Notes: generated by a model from the sequence alone, not told the origin. 64,000 nucleotides of DNA from Saprospiraceae bacterium (GCA_030729925.1 JANQWK010000060.1:98819-162818), one strand, 5' to 3'; shown: positions 46,243-56,649, counted from the first letter of the stretch. A program made the numbers and translations.

Positions 46243-49200
46243 ATGTTCCGCCATAGCCCCAGCATCCTTCGAACAATCTTTCAATTGCTATTTTTATCAG
46301 CCATTATCGCTTCCTGCGAAAAACCGGTTGCACCTTCCGCCTACTCCATGCCGGAAAACTTGCATCAATACGTGCTGGCATACACCTCGGGATACATCTC
46401 CCGTGCTAGTCCCATCCAAATTCAATTTGTCGAAGCCCAGGTAGCTCCCTCGGACATTGGCGCAGAAGCCGAGGCCGGGTTGCTGCGTTTTTCCCCGAAA
46501 ATAGCGGGCAAACTAACCTGGGAAACCACCCATACCCTGCGCTTCGAGCCGGACGAACTTCTCGCCTCCGGCAAAACATACACGGCCACACTGTTGCTCG
46601 AAAAAATCCTCCCCAATGTTCCGGAAGACCTGCGCCAGGTCAGCTTTCACTTCCAGTCAAAGGAACAATTCTACGACATTCGGATAGACGCGCTCGACAG
46701 CCCCGACCCCAACGATCGGGCCAAGCAGGTAATCAGGGGTCAGGTAAGCACCTATGATGTAGCCAGCTTGGCGGATATGGAGCAAGTCGTAACGGCCTCC
46801 CAGGATAACAAAAATCTCACCATCAACTGGCAGGAAGGTGCCAACGGACAGCAATTCTTTTTTTCCATTTTGGACATTCAAAGAACCCGCAAAGCTTCCG
46901 CTGTGGATATCCGTTGGGATGGAGCAGCCCTTAAGGTAAATAAAAAGGGAAGCCGCAGTATAGAAATTGCTTCGCTGGATGATTTCAAGGTATTGGATGT
47001 CCAGTATATTCCGGGAGCGGACGCACATCTGCTCCTTCAATTTTCAGATCCGATCTCCAGCGACCAAAACCTCGATGGGCTCCTTCAAATCCCGGAATAT
47101 GCAGGCAAGTTTCGCAGTGTGATCTCCGGACACCAGATCAGGGTATATCCCGATCGCCCCATAAGAGGATCCAAAAAAATCGGCATCTTTCAAGGGATAC
47201 AAAACTATGCCGGAAACCCACTGCCTAACCCCGTGTATTGGGAAATTGTGTTTGACGAACCGCAACCTCAGGTACAGCTCCTTGGATCCGGAACCATTTT
47301 GCCGGAATCCGACGGCCTAATCCTCCCCTTTGAAGCCATCGGCCTGAAGTCGGTTGTGGTAGAAGTATTCAAAATTTACCACAACAATATCCTACAATTT
47401 CTCCAGACCAATACCCTTGATGGCGAATACGAACTCTACCGGGTGGGAAAAATCATCCGTAGAAAGACCATAGCACTCGGGAGCACCGCTTCCGAAGGTG
47501 CAGACTGGGAGTGGAAACGACATTCGCTGGATTTGACCCCTCTGATTGATCAGGATCCCTCTGCTATTTACCAAGTGCGGATTGGGTTTATGCCGGAAGA
47601 CGCCCTATATTTTTGCGAAGCAGAAATGCCTGCCACGCCCCTTTCATTGCGCCAAACAGAAGCATCCGAACTCAATGACAACAGCATCATGGATCTGTAT
47701 TATGGCAGCTTGGGATACTCCGACGGATACTCCTGGGAAGATCGCGAAGATCCTTGCAAACCAGCATATTACCATTCAGGTCGCTTTGTAAGTAAAAATA
47801 TTTTTGCTTCCAACCTGGGGATTACCGTCAAATCCGGCACAGAAAAGTCTTGGTTTGCCGCTGTCACCGACCTGCGCACCGTTGCGCCACTCCAGGGAGT
47901 CAATCTCGATTTCTACGACTACCAGTTGCAACGCATTCATACATCCACGACCGGCAAAGACGGAACAGTATTGACCAAAATCGAGCAAATGCCCTATTTC
48001 GTCGTAGCGACGCAAGGTCGCCAAAAGGGATACCTCCGCCTGGAAGACGGAGAATCGCTGTCCCTGAGTAAATTTGACGTTGCAGGAACCTATTCACAGG
48101 AAGGTCTCAAGGGGTATCTCTACGGAGAGCGCGGTGTGTGGCGACCCGGGGATTCCGTTTTTCTCAACTTTGTCCTGGATGACAAAAATGGGCTTCTCCC
48201 GGACAACTACCCGGTATCCATGGAGGTACGGGATGCCCGTGGTCAGATTCACTACAAAAAAAATGCCGTTACGGGTCAGCTCAATGTCTATCCATTTCAC
48301 TTTGCCACCCCCCAAGATGCCCCAACAGGCCGCTGGTTGGCTCGGGTCAGCGCAGGATCAGCCACCTTTGAGAAGGTGCTCAGCATTGAAAATGTAAAGC
48401 CCAATCGGCTCAAAATTGACATGCAGGTGGATGCCAATACCCTGTCTCCCAATAAAATCCAGGGCAAATTGTCAGCTCGCTGGCTACAGGGCGGAGCAGC
48501 CCGACAGCTCAAAGCCAAGGTAGCATACCGGCTAAGTGCCACACGTACCACCTTTCCAAAATACCCGGACTTCGTCTTTGATGACCCTGCGAGTACCTTG
48601 AGCACGGAAACCCAGACTGCCTTTGACGGCCAACTCAACGATGCGGGAACAGCTGATTTTTCGTTTGGTATCGGCGCGCTGCAACACGCCCCCGGACGGC
48701 TTCGACTCGCAGTTAAGACAACCGTGTTTGAAACCAGCGGAAATTTTAGTACCGACAATCAAGTGATTACCTACGATCCATTCACCTCCTATTCCGGCGT
48801 TTCGATTCCTACTAACGAATACGGCGTCAAAAATTTTGATACCAATAAAGACTTTTTCGTAACCCTGGCAGCAACTGACAATAAAGGTAAGGGGATATCC
48901 GGAAAAACCCTTGAGGTGGACATTTATGCAGTCAACTGGCGCTGGTGGTGGGACCAAAGCGAAAACGACGAGACCAATAGTTTTATCTCCGGTATCAACA
49001 GCGAGATCGTCACCAGTAGTAGCTGGGTGACCGAAAACGAGGGGAAAAAGCGAATACCGGTGAATGTAAACACCTCGGGAAGATACTTTATCCGGGTTTG
49101 CGATCCTGTAAACGGCCACTGTACCGGGGATTATTTTTATGCCGGCTCCCCTTGGGATACAGCAGCCGAAGATCGGGAAGCAGCCGTACAGTTGCCCATC

Positions 49201-51828
49201 ACAACAGACAAAGACAGTTACCAACCCGGCGAAGAAGTCACTTTAAGCATCCAAGGTTCTCAGGGAGGCAAAGCACTGATCAGTATAGAAAACGGCTCCC
49301 GCATCCTTAGTCATTTCTGGCAGGATCTGAAGGAAGGGAAAAATGACATTCGATTTGTAACCACTCCGGACATGGCTCCCAATGTGTATGCTCACGTCGC
49401 CTTAATGCAAGGACATGGTCAGTTGCACAACGACCTACCGCTTCGCCTGTACGGGGTCGTTCCGTTGGAAGTCAGCGATCCGGCTACCCGGCTTCAGCCG
49501 GTCATGCAGCTGCCAAAGGAAGTGAAGCCCAACAGTACTTTCACCCTGGAGATAAGCGAACAAAACAAGCAGACAATGGCCTATACGGTTGCCGTGGTGG
49601 ATGAAGGTCTGCTGGGACTAACCCGATTTCAAACTCCTGATCCTCATGCATCTTTGTTTGCCCGAGAAGCGTTGGGGGTAAAAACCTGGGACATCTATGA
49701 CGATGTCCTGGGGGGTTATGGCGCCAGACTGGAAAGGCTCATCAGCATAGGTGGAGACGGCAATGAAGTGACTGGTGCCATGCCTGACAATGCCAACCGG
49801 TTCAAACCTGTGGTGCGCCACCTTGGGCCCTTTCTCCTCAAAAAAGGTCAAAAAGCCAGTCACAAGATTGCCCTACCCAATTACGTAGGCGAAGTGCGGG
49901 TGATGGTAATAGCAGCCAAAGAAGGAGCCTATGGGAATGCGGAGGCCAGTGTGTCTGTCAAACAGCCGCTGATGGTACTCCCAACGCTGCCCAGGGTCTT
50001 GCGCCCGGGCGAGCAATTTGAGCTGCCGGTCAATATATTTGCGATGGATCCTGCGATTAAACAAGTCACTGCAAATCTACAAGCCAGCGGGGGACTCTTA
50101 CAAATTGAAAACGCGAGCAGCAATCTTACTTTTTCCCAACCGGGAGAACAAATGGCCTATTTTAAGGTCCGAGTTGGAGAAAAAACGGGGATAACCCAAA
50201 TCAGCACCAGTGTAAAGGGTGGTGGCTATGAGGCTAGTGAAACCGTTGAAATTGCCATTATTCAGCCGAATGTTCGGGCGACAGCAAGTCAGGCTGGAGT
50301 GCTACAGACCAAAGGAGCTGCCTGGGCGGGAACGGTAGATCCGGTGGGCATCCGTGGAACCAATAGCGCTGTGTTGGAGGTTTCTACCCTTCCACCCCTC
50401 AACTTGAGCAAGCACTTGGACTACCTGCTTGGGTATCCCTATGGGTGTGTAGAACAAACGGTTTCTGCTGCTTTTCCCCAGTTGTTCCTGGATCGCTTAC
50501 TCCCCATGGACGCAGGTCGGAAAAAGCAGACGAATGAAAACATCTTCGCTGCGATTGACCGCCTGAAACTGTTTCAAACCACGCAGGGGGGATTTGGGTA
50601 CTGGCCCGGAGCAGAGGTAGCTGACCCTTGGGGAAGTACTTATGCCGGACATTTTTTGCTGGAAGCTAAAAATAAAGGTTACGCTGTACCTGAGCACTTG
50701 CTCAACCCCTGGATCCGTTTTCAGCGGGAGCTGGCACGCAGCTGGACCCCCAACCCGGCCGCAGCTCCCCGCTACGACAAAGCCAATTACCAACTGGAGC
50801 AGGCTTATCGCCTATTTACGCTCGCGCTGGCGGGGCAACCCGAACTGGCTGCCATGAACCTCATGCGGCAATCTCCGGCACTCGCTATCCAGGCCAAATG
50901 GCGCCTCGCAGCCGCTTATGCGCTGGTGGGACAAACAGAAGCTGCAGCCCAGCTCGTTGAACAGCTTTCCACGGAAGTCGCTGAATATCGGGAAATGGGA
51001 TACACTTATGGATCGCGCCTTCGGGATCGCGCTATGATTCTGGAAACACTTGTGCTGCTTGGAGCGCTTACAGCCACCCAGCCCATTTTGGAATACATTT
51101 CAGGACAACTGAGTGGTGGCGGCTATCTCAATACCCAGGAAATCGGATATGCCCTACTCGCTGTAGCCAAATTTGCAGGAGATTCGGATGCCCTTTCTGA
51201 AGGATTTACCTTCACGGCCACCTTGGGAACCCAAAAAACAGATGCGGGATCTGAAGGACCTGTATTCCAGTTGATGGTACCCGACCCTGAAAAAACAGGT
51301 ACTGTACAAGTCGTGAATACGTCTGAAAAAGTCTTGTTTGCACGATTGTTACAATCCGGCATTCCTGCTGCAGGTCAGGAAAAGCCCTCATCCAATGGAA
51401 TCCGGCTGGAGGTGGACTACCGGGATGCTGCGGGACAGGCAGTCAAACCTGAAAAGCTATCCCAGGGCACTGAATTTATGGCTCGCATTACCGTAAGTAA
51501 CCCGGGCAGTACCGGTACTGACTACGAAAACCTGGCACTTACCCATGTTTTCCCATCCGGTTGGGAAATCCTCAACGACCGGCTCGATGCAACGGGGGGG
51601 ATGAGCAATGGAAGTGTACCGGACTACACAGATATTAAAGATGATCGGGTACATTTGTTTTTTGGCTTGCCCAGTGGAACCAGTAAAACATTTATCATCC
51701 GGCTAAACGCTGCCTACAGGGGCAGGTATTACCTGCCATCGGTCACTTGTACTGCCATGTACGATCCGGGCAGGACAGCCAGCACAGCAGGTCAGTGGAT
51801 CGAGGTTGTTGCTCCGGCCTCTAACTAA
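46243..51828 (+). CDS. Alpha-2-macroglobulin-family lipoprotein (thioester-containing)
   Basis: ATG 46243 (MFRHSPSILRTIFQLLFLSAIIASC lipobox), 1861 aa. It has multiple MG domains and the thioester motif GYPYGCVEQT (CVEQ at 50446-50457). The downstream alpha-helical TED region includes GGFGYWPG. The track ORF is over-extended upstream to 45937. Confidence 0.9.
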   Translation: MFRHSPSILRTIFQLLFLSAIIASCEKPVAPSAYSMPENLHQYVLAYTSGYISRASPIQIQFVEAQVAPSDIGAEAEAGLLRFSPKIAGKLTWETTHTLRFEPDELLASGKTYTATLLLEKILPNVPEDLRQVSFHFQSKEQFYDIRIDALDSPDPNDRAKQVIRGQVSTYDVASLADMEQVVTASQDNKNLTINWQEGANGQQFFFSILDIQRTRKASAVDIRWDGAALKVNKKGSRSIEIASLDDFKVLDVQYIPGADAHLLLQFSDPISSDQNLDGLLQIPEYAGKFRSVISGHQIRVYPDRPIRGSKKIGIFQGIQNYAGNPLPNPVYWEIVFDEPQPQVQLLGSGTILPESDGLILPFEAIGLKSVVVEVFKIYHNNILQFLQTNTLDGEYELYRVGKIIRRKTIALGSTASEGADWEWKRHSLDLTPLIDQDPSAIYQVRIGFMPEDALYFCEAEMPATPLSLRQTEASELNDNSIMDLYYGSLGYSDGYSWEDREDPCKPAYYHSGRFVSKNIFASNLGITVKSGTEKSWFAAVTDLRTVAPLQGVNLDFYDYQLQRIHTSTTGKDGTVLTKIEQMPYFVVATQGRQKGYLRLEDGESLSLSKFDVAGTYSQEGLKGYLYGERGVWRPGDSVFLNFVLDDKNGLLPDNYPVSMEVRDARGQIHYKKNAVTGQLNVYPFHFATPQDAPTGRWLARVSAGSATFEKVLSIENVKPNRLKIDMQVDANTLSPNKIQGKLSARWLQGGAARQLKAKVAYRLSATRTTFPKYPDFVFDDPASTLSTETQTAFDGQLNDAGTADFSFGIGALQHAPGRLRLAVKTTVFETSGNFSTDNQVITYDPFTSYSGVSIPTNEYGVKNFDTNKDFFVTLAATDNKGKGISGKTLEVDIYAVNWRWWWDQSENDETNSFISGINSEIVTSSSWVTENEGKKRIPVNVNTSGRYFIRVCDPVNGHCTGDYFYAGSPWDTAAEDREAAVQLPITTDKDSYQPGEEVTLSIQGSQGGKALISIENGSRILSHFWQDLKEGKNDIRFVTTPDMAPNVYAHVALMQGHGQLHNDLPLRLYGVVPLEVSDPATRLQPVMQLPKEVKPNSTFTLEISEQNKQTMAYTVAVVDEGLLGLTRFQTPDPHASLFAREALGVKTWDIYDDVLGGYGARLERLISIGGDGNEVTGAMPDNANRFKPVVRHLGPFLLKKGQKASHKIALPNYVGEVRVMVIAAKEGAYGNAEASVSVKQPLMVLPTLPRVLRPGEQFELPVNIFAMDPAIKQVTANLQASGGLLQIENASSNLTFSQPGEQMAYFKVRVGEKTGITQISTSVKGGGYEASETVEIAIIQPNVRATASQAGVLQTKGAAWAGTVDPVGIRGTNSAVLEVSTLPPLNLSKHLDYLLGYPYGCVEQTVSAAFPQLFLDRLLPMDAGRKKQTNENIFAAIDRLKLFQTTQGGFGYWPGAEVADPWGSTYAGHFLLEAKNKGYAVPEHLLNPWIRFQRELARSWTPNPAAAPRYDKANYQLEQAYRLFTLALAGQPELAAMNLMRQSPALAIQAKWRLAAAYALVGQTEAAAQLVEQLSTEVAEYREMGYTYGSRLRDRAMILETLVLLGALTATQPILEYISGQLSGGGYLNTQEIGYALLAVAKFAGDSDALSEGFTFTATLGTQKTDAGSEGPVFQLMVPDPEKTGTVQVVNTSEKVLFARLLQSGIPAAGQEKPSSNGIRLEVDYRDAAGQAVKPEKLSQGTEFMARITVSNPGSTGTDYENLALTHVFPSGWEILNDRLDATGGMSNGSVPDYTDIKDDRVHLFFGLPSGTSKTFIIRLNAAYRGRYYLPSVTCTAMYDPGRTASTAGQWIEVVAPASN

Positions 51829-52682
51829 AGCGCTTCCAGTCTCTCGGCAGTGATCGTTTCACCGCGAACCCATCGCTGCCGGGAATCCATGGTAACCGTA
51901 CAAGCCGGAACGCTAAGGTCATGTTCAAAAAATAGCCAATGGTTCTGAGTGTGTGCGTCCGCTAAGATGCGCGTTTTTTCTTCCAGGGTAAGCAGCGGGC
52001 GCAAATCGTAGGCCATGATATAGGGAAGACCAATATGGTGTACAGAAGGCATCACATCGGCGCAATAGACGATGGTCTGGCCATGGCACTCAATCAGCGG
52101 CACCATCATGGCCTCTGTGTGGCCATAAACAAATCTGACCTTAAACCCCGGAAGCCACGCAGTATCTTCTTCCTGCACCTCAATAAAGCGAAGCACGCCG
52201 GCCTCTACCAGAGGACGTATATTTTCCTCCAAGAAAGAAGCCTTCTCTCTCGGATTGGGATTCAGCGCCCAATCGAGATGCACCTGATTTGTCCAATAAA
52301 GCGCCTTGGGGAATGTAGGTCGGAGCTGTCCATCGGAATTCCGGGTGATCGCCCCTCCCACATGGTCGAAATGAAGGTGGGTCAGGAAGACATCCGTAAT
52401 ATCCTCTGGTTGAAAACCCTTATCGCGAAGAGCATCCAATAACGTATAAGGCCCCTGTGGTTCGAAAATAGCTCGAAAATGTTCATCCTGTTTGTCGCCG
52501 ATACCGGTATCAATCAAAATCCTGCGCTCGGCTGTCTCTACCAGCAGGCAGCGCATCGCCCAGGTGCAGCGATTTTTCGCATCGGGTTGCTGGAGGCGTT
52601 CCCACATGGTTTTGGGAACAATCCCGAACATCGCCCCCCCGTCCAGTTTCAGGTAGCCCGTCTCGATTACGTGTAAGCGCAT
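51825..52682 (-). CDS. MBL-fold metallo-hydrolase
   Basis: ATG 52682, 285 aa, with the HxHxDH motif (THLHFDHVGG). The start overlaps the ribH stop (TGATG). Confidence 0.85.
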   Translation of the reverse strand: MRLHVIETGYLKLDGGAMFGIVPKTMWERLQQPDAKNRCTWAMRCLLVETAERRILIDTGIGDKQDEHFRAIFEPQGPYTLLDALRDKGFQPEDITDVFLTHLHFDHVGGAITRNSDGQLRPTFPKALYWTNQVHLDWALNPNPREKASFLEENIRPLVEAGVLRFIEVQEEDTAWLPGFKVRFVYGHTEAMMVPLIECHGQTIVYCADVMPSVHHIGLPYIMAYDLRPLLTLEEKTRILADAHTQNHWLFFEHDLSVPACTVTMDSRQRWVRGETITAERLEAL

Positions 52683-53194
52683 CAATAACCAATTTTATTA
52701 GGCGTAGTAGCCATAGATTTTTTCAGCAATGCCATACGAAGAGCCGTCACCGCTGCCTCAACCCCTTTATTGCCAAACCTTCCCCCTGCACGATCCAGTG
52801 CCTGTTGTTCGTTATTGGTCGTAAGCACCCCAAAAATGCAGGGCGTATTGGACAACAGTCCCAGTTGGGTCAGGCCTGAAGCCACGGCCTGATTGATATA
52901 GACATCGTGGTCGGTCTCACCTTTGATCACGCAGCCCAGGCAAATCACTGCATCCAGCTTTTTCTGGCTGAGCAGCAATTTTGCCCCCATGGGCAGCTCG
53001 AAAGTACCCGGCACTCGAACCAACTGAACATCCGCATCTAAAACGCCGTGTTTGCGCAAGGTGTCCGCTGCACCAAGATACAACGCATTGGTAATCTCGG
53101 TATTCCAATCTGACACCACAATGCCCAGTTTAAGACCTGCAGCCCCTGCAAGATCCTGTTCATCGTAAGCTGACAATCCTTTTTCTGAAGACAT
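52682..53194 (-). CDS. ribH: 6,7-dimethyl-8-ribityllumazine synthase
   Basis: 170 aa. GIVVSDWNTEIT...VPGTFELP...ITLGCVIKGETDH...GVLT is the typical RibH pattern. Confidence 0.95.
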   Translation of the reverse strand: MSSEKGLSAYDEQDLAGAAGLKLGIVVSDWNTEITNALYLGAADTLRKHGVLDADVQLVRVPGTFELPMGAKLLLSQKKLDAVICLGCVIKGETDHDVYINQAVASGLTQLGLLSNTPCIFGVLTTNNEQQALDRAGGRFGNKGVEAAVTALRMALLKKSMATTPNKIGY

Positions 53195-53210
53195 ATTGAC
53201 CGATTTTTTG

Positions 53211-53253
53211 AAAAAAAAATCGGGGCAGGATAGTATTACACAACCCTGCCCCG
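53211..53253 (-). terminator. Rho-independent terminator after the TPR gene
   Basis: On the minus strand, CGGGGCAGG (53253-53245), a 15-nt loop and CCTGCCCCG (53229-53221) are followed by T9 (53219-53211). Confidence 0.65.
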
Positions 53254-53285
53254 AAAAGCTATTGTAGAAATAAGCAGGAACAGGC

Positions 53286-53975
53286 TTACTGAACCCGGCT
53301 CAAGTATTTTTCGATATCGCTTCCAGCTGGTGTAAGCGGATAATCGGATTTGATCTGTTCGTAGCTTTTACGTGCTTTAGCAGTATCGCCATTGCGTTCG
53401 TGGAGCATACCAATCTTTTTCAGGTAGTAAGCTACCAAGAAATCGTTATCTCCAGCCTTTACTGCGCGCTCGTAATTGCTCAAAGCACGAGAAAAATCTT
53501 GCAGTTCAGAATAAGCATCTCCCATTGCACCGTACTTCATAATTGGAAGTACCTCTCCATCAGGACTAAAACTCTTCAGATAATCAATAGCTGCATCATA
53601 AGATCCCAGGTGCAAATAACAAATACCTGCATAGTAATTAGCTGCATTAGCTGCTTTTGTACCCTTGTAATTGTCAATGATATCCAGAAATCCGCTAAAA
53701 CCGGGAGCTGGATTGGTCAAAGCCAGGGCAAAAGAATCCCTTTCAAACTGCAACTGTGCCCGATACATTTGTTCCACCGCCTCCTTTTGCTTGGGGGCCA
53801 TGTACAAGTAAGTATATGCAAACCATCCGCCGACCACAATCACCAGTGCAGCAACGCCACCCAAAATATACGTCTGATATTGCTCGAACAAGCTTTTTGC
53901 CTGACCCTGAACTTCTATCAGATCCACCAGCAGATCGTCTGCCTTGTCTTGTTTTCTGTTACTTCTCTTTGCCAT
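53286..53975 (-). CDS. Tetratricopeptide-repeat membrane-anchored protein (YfgM-like)
   Basis: 229 aa with one N-terminal TM (ILGGVAALVIVVGGWFAYTYLY) followed by TPR-like repeats (AANYYAGICYLHLGSYDAAIDYL...GDAYSELQDFSRALSNYERA). Confidence 0.75.
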   Translation of the reverse strand: MAKRSNRKQDKADDLLVDLIEVQGQAKSLFEQYQTYILGGVAALVIVVGGWFAYTYLYMAPKQKEAVEQMYRAQLQFERDSFALALTNPAPGFSGFLDIIDNYKGTKAANAANYYAGICYLHLGSYDAAIDYLKSFSPDGEVLPIMKYGAMGDAYSELQDFSRALSNYERAVKAGDNDFLVAYYLKKIGMLHERNGDTAKARKSYEQIKSDYPLTPAGSDIEKYLSRVQ

Positions 53976-54129
53976 GGATAGAACCTTAAATTGTTTAAAT
54001 TACCTTTTTCGTGTTTGGAGCATTGAACGTTGTTCAAGCAATTTTGCAAAACAGACGCAAAATTAAAAAAACTTTTCAGCAATACTCCAACAAATCCAAA
54101 ATACCGCGCTGTCTTTTGCAACAATTTTT

Positions 54130-55140
54130 TTAATCCGTGATAAACGGATAATCCGGTTCTACGTAATTGTCTGTAAACAATTCGGAAGGATCTGGTAGTG
54201 GAGACTGCTCGGCAAACTCTACGGCGTAATCCATTTCCGCTTTGATTTTATCCTTAATGACTTGCAGATCGGCTTCGGAAGCATATTTTTTGCTGAGGAT
54301 TGTTTGTTCGATCACTTTGATCGGATCTTTCTCCTTATACTCTTCCACTTCCTCTTTGGTTCGGTATTTGGCCGGATCCGAAACGGAGTGTCCTTTGTAG
54401 CGATAAGTGCGAATTTCGAGGAAATAAGGTCCTTTGCCGGCGCGGATATGTTCAGCTGCCTTGGTCACTGCCTTGTGTACAGCTTCCGGGTTCATGCCGT
54501 CCACGGGTTCGCTGGGCATATCATAGGCCAATCCCAGTTTGTAAATTTCCTGGATATTACTGGTTCTGCCTACGGAAGTTCCCATGGCATAACCATTATT
54601 TTCGCACACATACAACACTGGCAGCTGCCAGCTCATGGCCATGTTAAAAGATTCGTGTAGGGCGCCTTGGCGGGCTGCACCATCTCCGAACATGGTCACG
54701 CATAGGTTGTCGGTACCTTTATATTTTTCCGCGAATGCGATACCTGTACCAATCGGAATTTGGGCACCTACGATACCATTACCGCCGAAATAGCGATGCG
54801 CGGCGGAAAAAAAGTGCATAGATCCGCCTTTCCCTTTGACGATACCGGTAGCTTTACCGTAAAGTTCTGCCATACAAGCTGCTGTATCTGCACCTCTTCC
54901 TATGGCAGTACCATGTTGGCGGTAGCCTGTCACGATAGCATCTTCCCTTCTCAGGGCAGACTCCATACCTGCTGCAACGGCTTCCTGACCGATATACACA
55001 TGCAGAAATCCCCGGATTTTTTGCTGTCCGTATAACATCAGCGCGCGCTCTTCAAAGCGGCGAATTTTCAACATCAGTTCAAACCACTCCAGATAGGTTG
55101 ACTTGTTAATTTTTTTTACACCTGCCTTTGCTGTTTCCAT
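54130..55140 (-). CDS. pdhA: Pyruvate (2-oxoacid) dehydrogenase E1 component alpha subunit
   Basis: 336 aa with the ThDP-binding pattern GDGA...N and YRYKGHSVSDP. The E1-alpha family call is confident. Pyruvate specificity is inferred only. Confidence 0.85.
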   Translation of the reverse strand: METAKAGVKKINKSTYLEWFELMLKIRRFEERALMLYGQQKIRGFLHVYIGQEAVAAGMESALRREDAIVTGYRQHGTAIGRGADTAACMAELYGKATGIVKGKGGSMHFFSAAHRYFGGNGIVGAQIPIGTGIAFAEKYKGTDNLCVTMFGDGAARQGALHESFNMAMSWQLPVLYVCENNGYAMGTSVGRTSNIQEIYKLGLAYDMPSEPVDGMNPEAVHKAVTKAAEHIRAGKGPYFLEIRTYRYKGHSVSDPAKYRTKEEVEEYKEKDPIKVIEQTILSKKYASEADLQVIKDKIKAEMDYAVEFAEQSPLPDPSELFTDNYVEPDYPFITD

Positions 55141-55246
55141 AACTCAGTTTTTAACCATTATCTGTAAATCGGAACAAATAAAAGACTTTTTTTGATCACC
55201 CAAAAATAAATTTCCGGCATCTTTGTTGTTGAACAAACCCCTTACA

Positions 55247-56359
55247 TTGAAACTGACCCAGCTAAAGGTGACCAATTTCCGGAATTATCCCTATGCCGAC
55301 ATCCACTTTTGTCCGCGTATCAACTACTTTACAGGGGCAAATGGGATGGGCAAAACCAATTTGCTGGATGCGATTTATTTTCTTTGTCAGGGCAAAAGTT
55401 ATTTTCAGTCCAACGACAAACAATTGCTGCTGCACGGCCAGGATTTCCTTCGCGTGGAAGGTTGGTTTGAAAAAGATGAAAAGCGTTTTCCTGTGGTGGT
55501 CAAGTTACAGACAGGTAAAAAAAAGCAAATTCTACGCAACAATCAGCCTGTGCAGCGCTTATCCGATTTTGTGGGTGAATTGCCACTTGTTTTTATCGCC
55601 CCTGACGACACGCTCCTGATCCGGGAGGGCAGTGAGGCCCGTAGGAAGTTTATGGACAGTACCCTGTCGCAGTTGTACCGTCCTTACCTGGATGCCCTGC
55701 TGGCTTACAACAACCTGCTCAAGCAACGCAACCAGTTGCTCAAAATGGGTGGAGACAACCGGGCGCCGGATCATGCTTTGCTTCAGATTTATGCGGAGCA
55801 GATGGAACAGCCGGCAAAAGTGCTTTACCAGCACAGAAAAGCGTTTTTAAGTGCATTTCTTCCCGTTTTTCAGGACATTTACCAGGCTATTTCCGGTGGC
55901 CATGAACGGGTACAGATCACGTATCAATCGGATCTCAACCAGGAAGAATTTCTGAGCGGGGTACACAAGCAATTGCGGAAAGACCTGATCCTGCAGCGCA
56001 CTTGTTTTGGGGTACACCGCGACGACTTTCTCCTCGACATGGAGGATCAGCCGGTAAAACCCTACGGTTCGCAGGGGCAGGTCAAATCTTTTTTGATTTC
56101 ACTCAAACTGGCGCAATATCATTTTATTCGGCAGCACAAAAACATTGCTCCTGTGTTGTTGTTGGACGACATCTTCGACAAACTCGACCCCCGGCGGGTA
56201 GATCAGCTATTGGCCTTTATCCTGGAAAACCAATTTGGTCAAATTTTTGTCACGGATACCCACGAAGAAAGGATGGCTCAGATAGCCCGACAATTGGGAG
56301 AGGTACATCATGCCTTCCGGGTCAATGAAGGAAGCTTAACGCAGATACAACTGGTATGA
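55247..56359 (+). CDS. recF: DNA replication and repair protein RecF
   Basis: (M)KLTQLKVTNFRNY..., Walker A GANGMGKTNLLDAIYF, signature region GSQGQVKSF and Walker B LLLDDIFDKLD. No in-frame ATG lies upstream of the conserved N-terminus. TTG 55247 is best positioned; TTGs at 55223-55231 are alternatives. Confidence 0.9.
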   Translation: MKLTQLKVTNFRNYPYADIHFCPRINYFTGANGMGKTNLLDAIYFLCQGKSYFQSNDKQLLLHGQDFLRVEGWFEKDEKRFPVVVKLQTGKKKQILRNNQPVQRLSDFVGELPLVFIAPDDTLLIREGSEARRKFMDSTLSQLYRPYLDALLAYNNLLKQRNQLLKMGGDNRAPDHALLQIYAEQMEQPAKVLYQHRKAFLSAFLPVFQDIYQAISGGHERVQITYQSDLNQEEFLSGVHKQLRKDLILQRTCFGVHRDDFLLDMEDQPVKPYGSQGQVKSFLISLKLAQYHFIRQHKNIAPVLLLDDIFDKLDPRRVDQLLAFILENQFGQIFVTDTHEERMAQIARQLGEVHHAFRVNEGSLTQIQLV

Positions 56360-56649
56360 ATAAAAACGGCAACGAGCACACCCTAAAAGAAATTCTCGAA
56401 GAACTGATCCGGCATTACCAACTAAAAGATGGCTTACACCAGGTGCGCGTGCGCGAATATTGGTCTAAAGAAATGGGAGAAGCCATCAACAAATACACGG
56501 AATCCATTGAATTGCGCAAGCGTACCCTTTACCTGCGGATCCGCTCCGCTGCGCTGAAACAGGAGTTGTCCCTCGGAAGGGAAAAAATCAGGCAGCTCCT
56601 GAATCAGCACCTTGGCGAAGCCTACATAGAGACGGTTGTATTGTTGTAA
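56356..56649 (+). CDS. DUF721-domain protein (recF-associated)
   Basis: 97 aa with an ATGA overlap with recF. The sequence W....G..I...T..I.....L.L...S.....EL pattern is typical of DUF721, which commonly follows recF. Confidence 0.8.
   Translation: MNKNGNEHTLKEILEELIRHYQLKDGLHQVRVREYWSKEMGEAINKYTESIELRKRTLYLRIRSAALKQELSLGREKIRQLLNQHLGEAYIETVVLL

Noticed and set aside
53195-53285. FMN riboswitch upstream of ribH
   Set aside because: Only ~90 nt are available and they are occupied by a simple terminator hairpin. No FMN-aptamer-like conserved segments are visible.
54046-54115. Imperfect inverted repeat GCAAAACAGACGC ... GCGCTGTCTTTTGC in the pdhA/TPR intergenic region
   Set aside because: Only the outer 6 bp (GCAAAA/TTTTGC) actually pair and the inner parts are out of register. 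The ~45-nt loop makes a functional hairpin unlikely.
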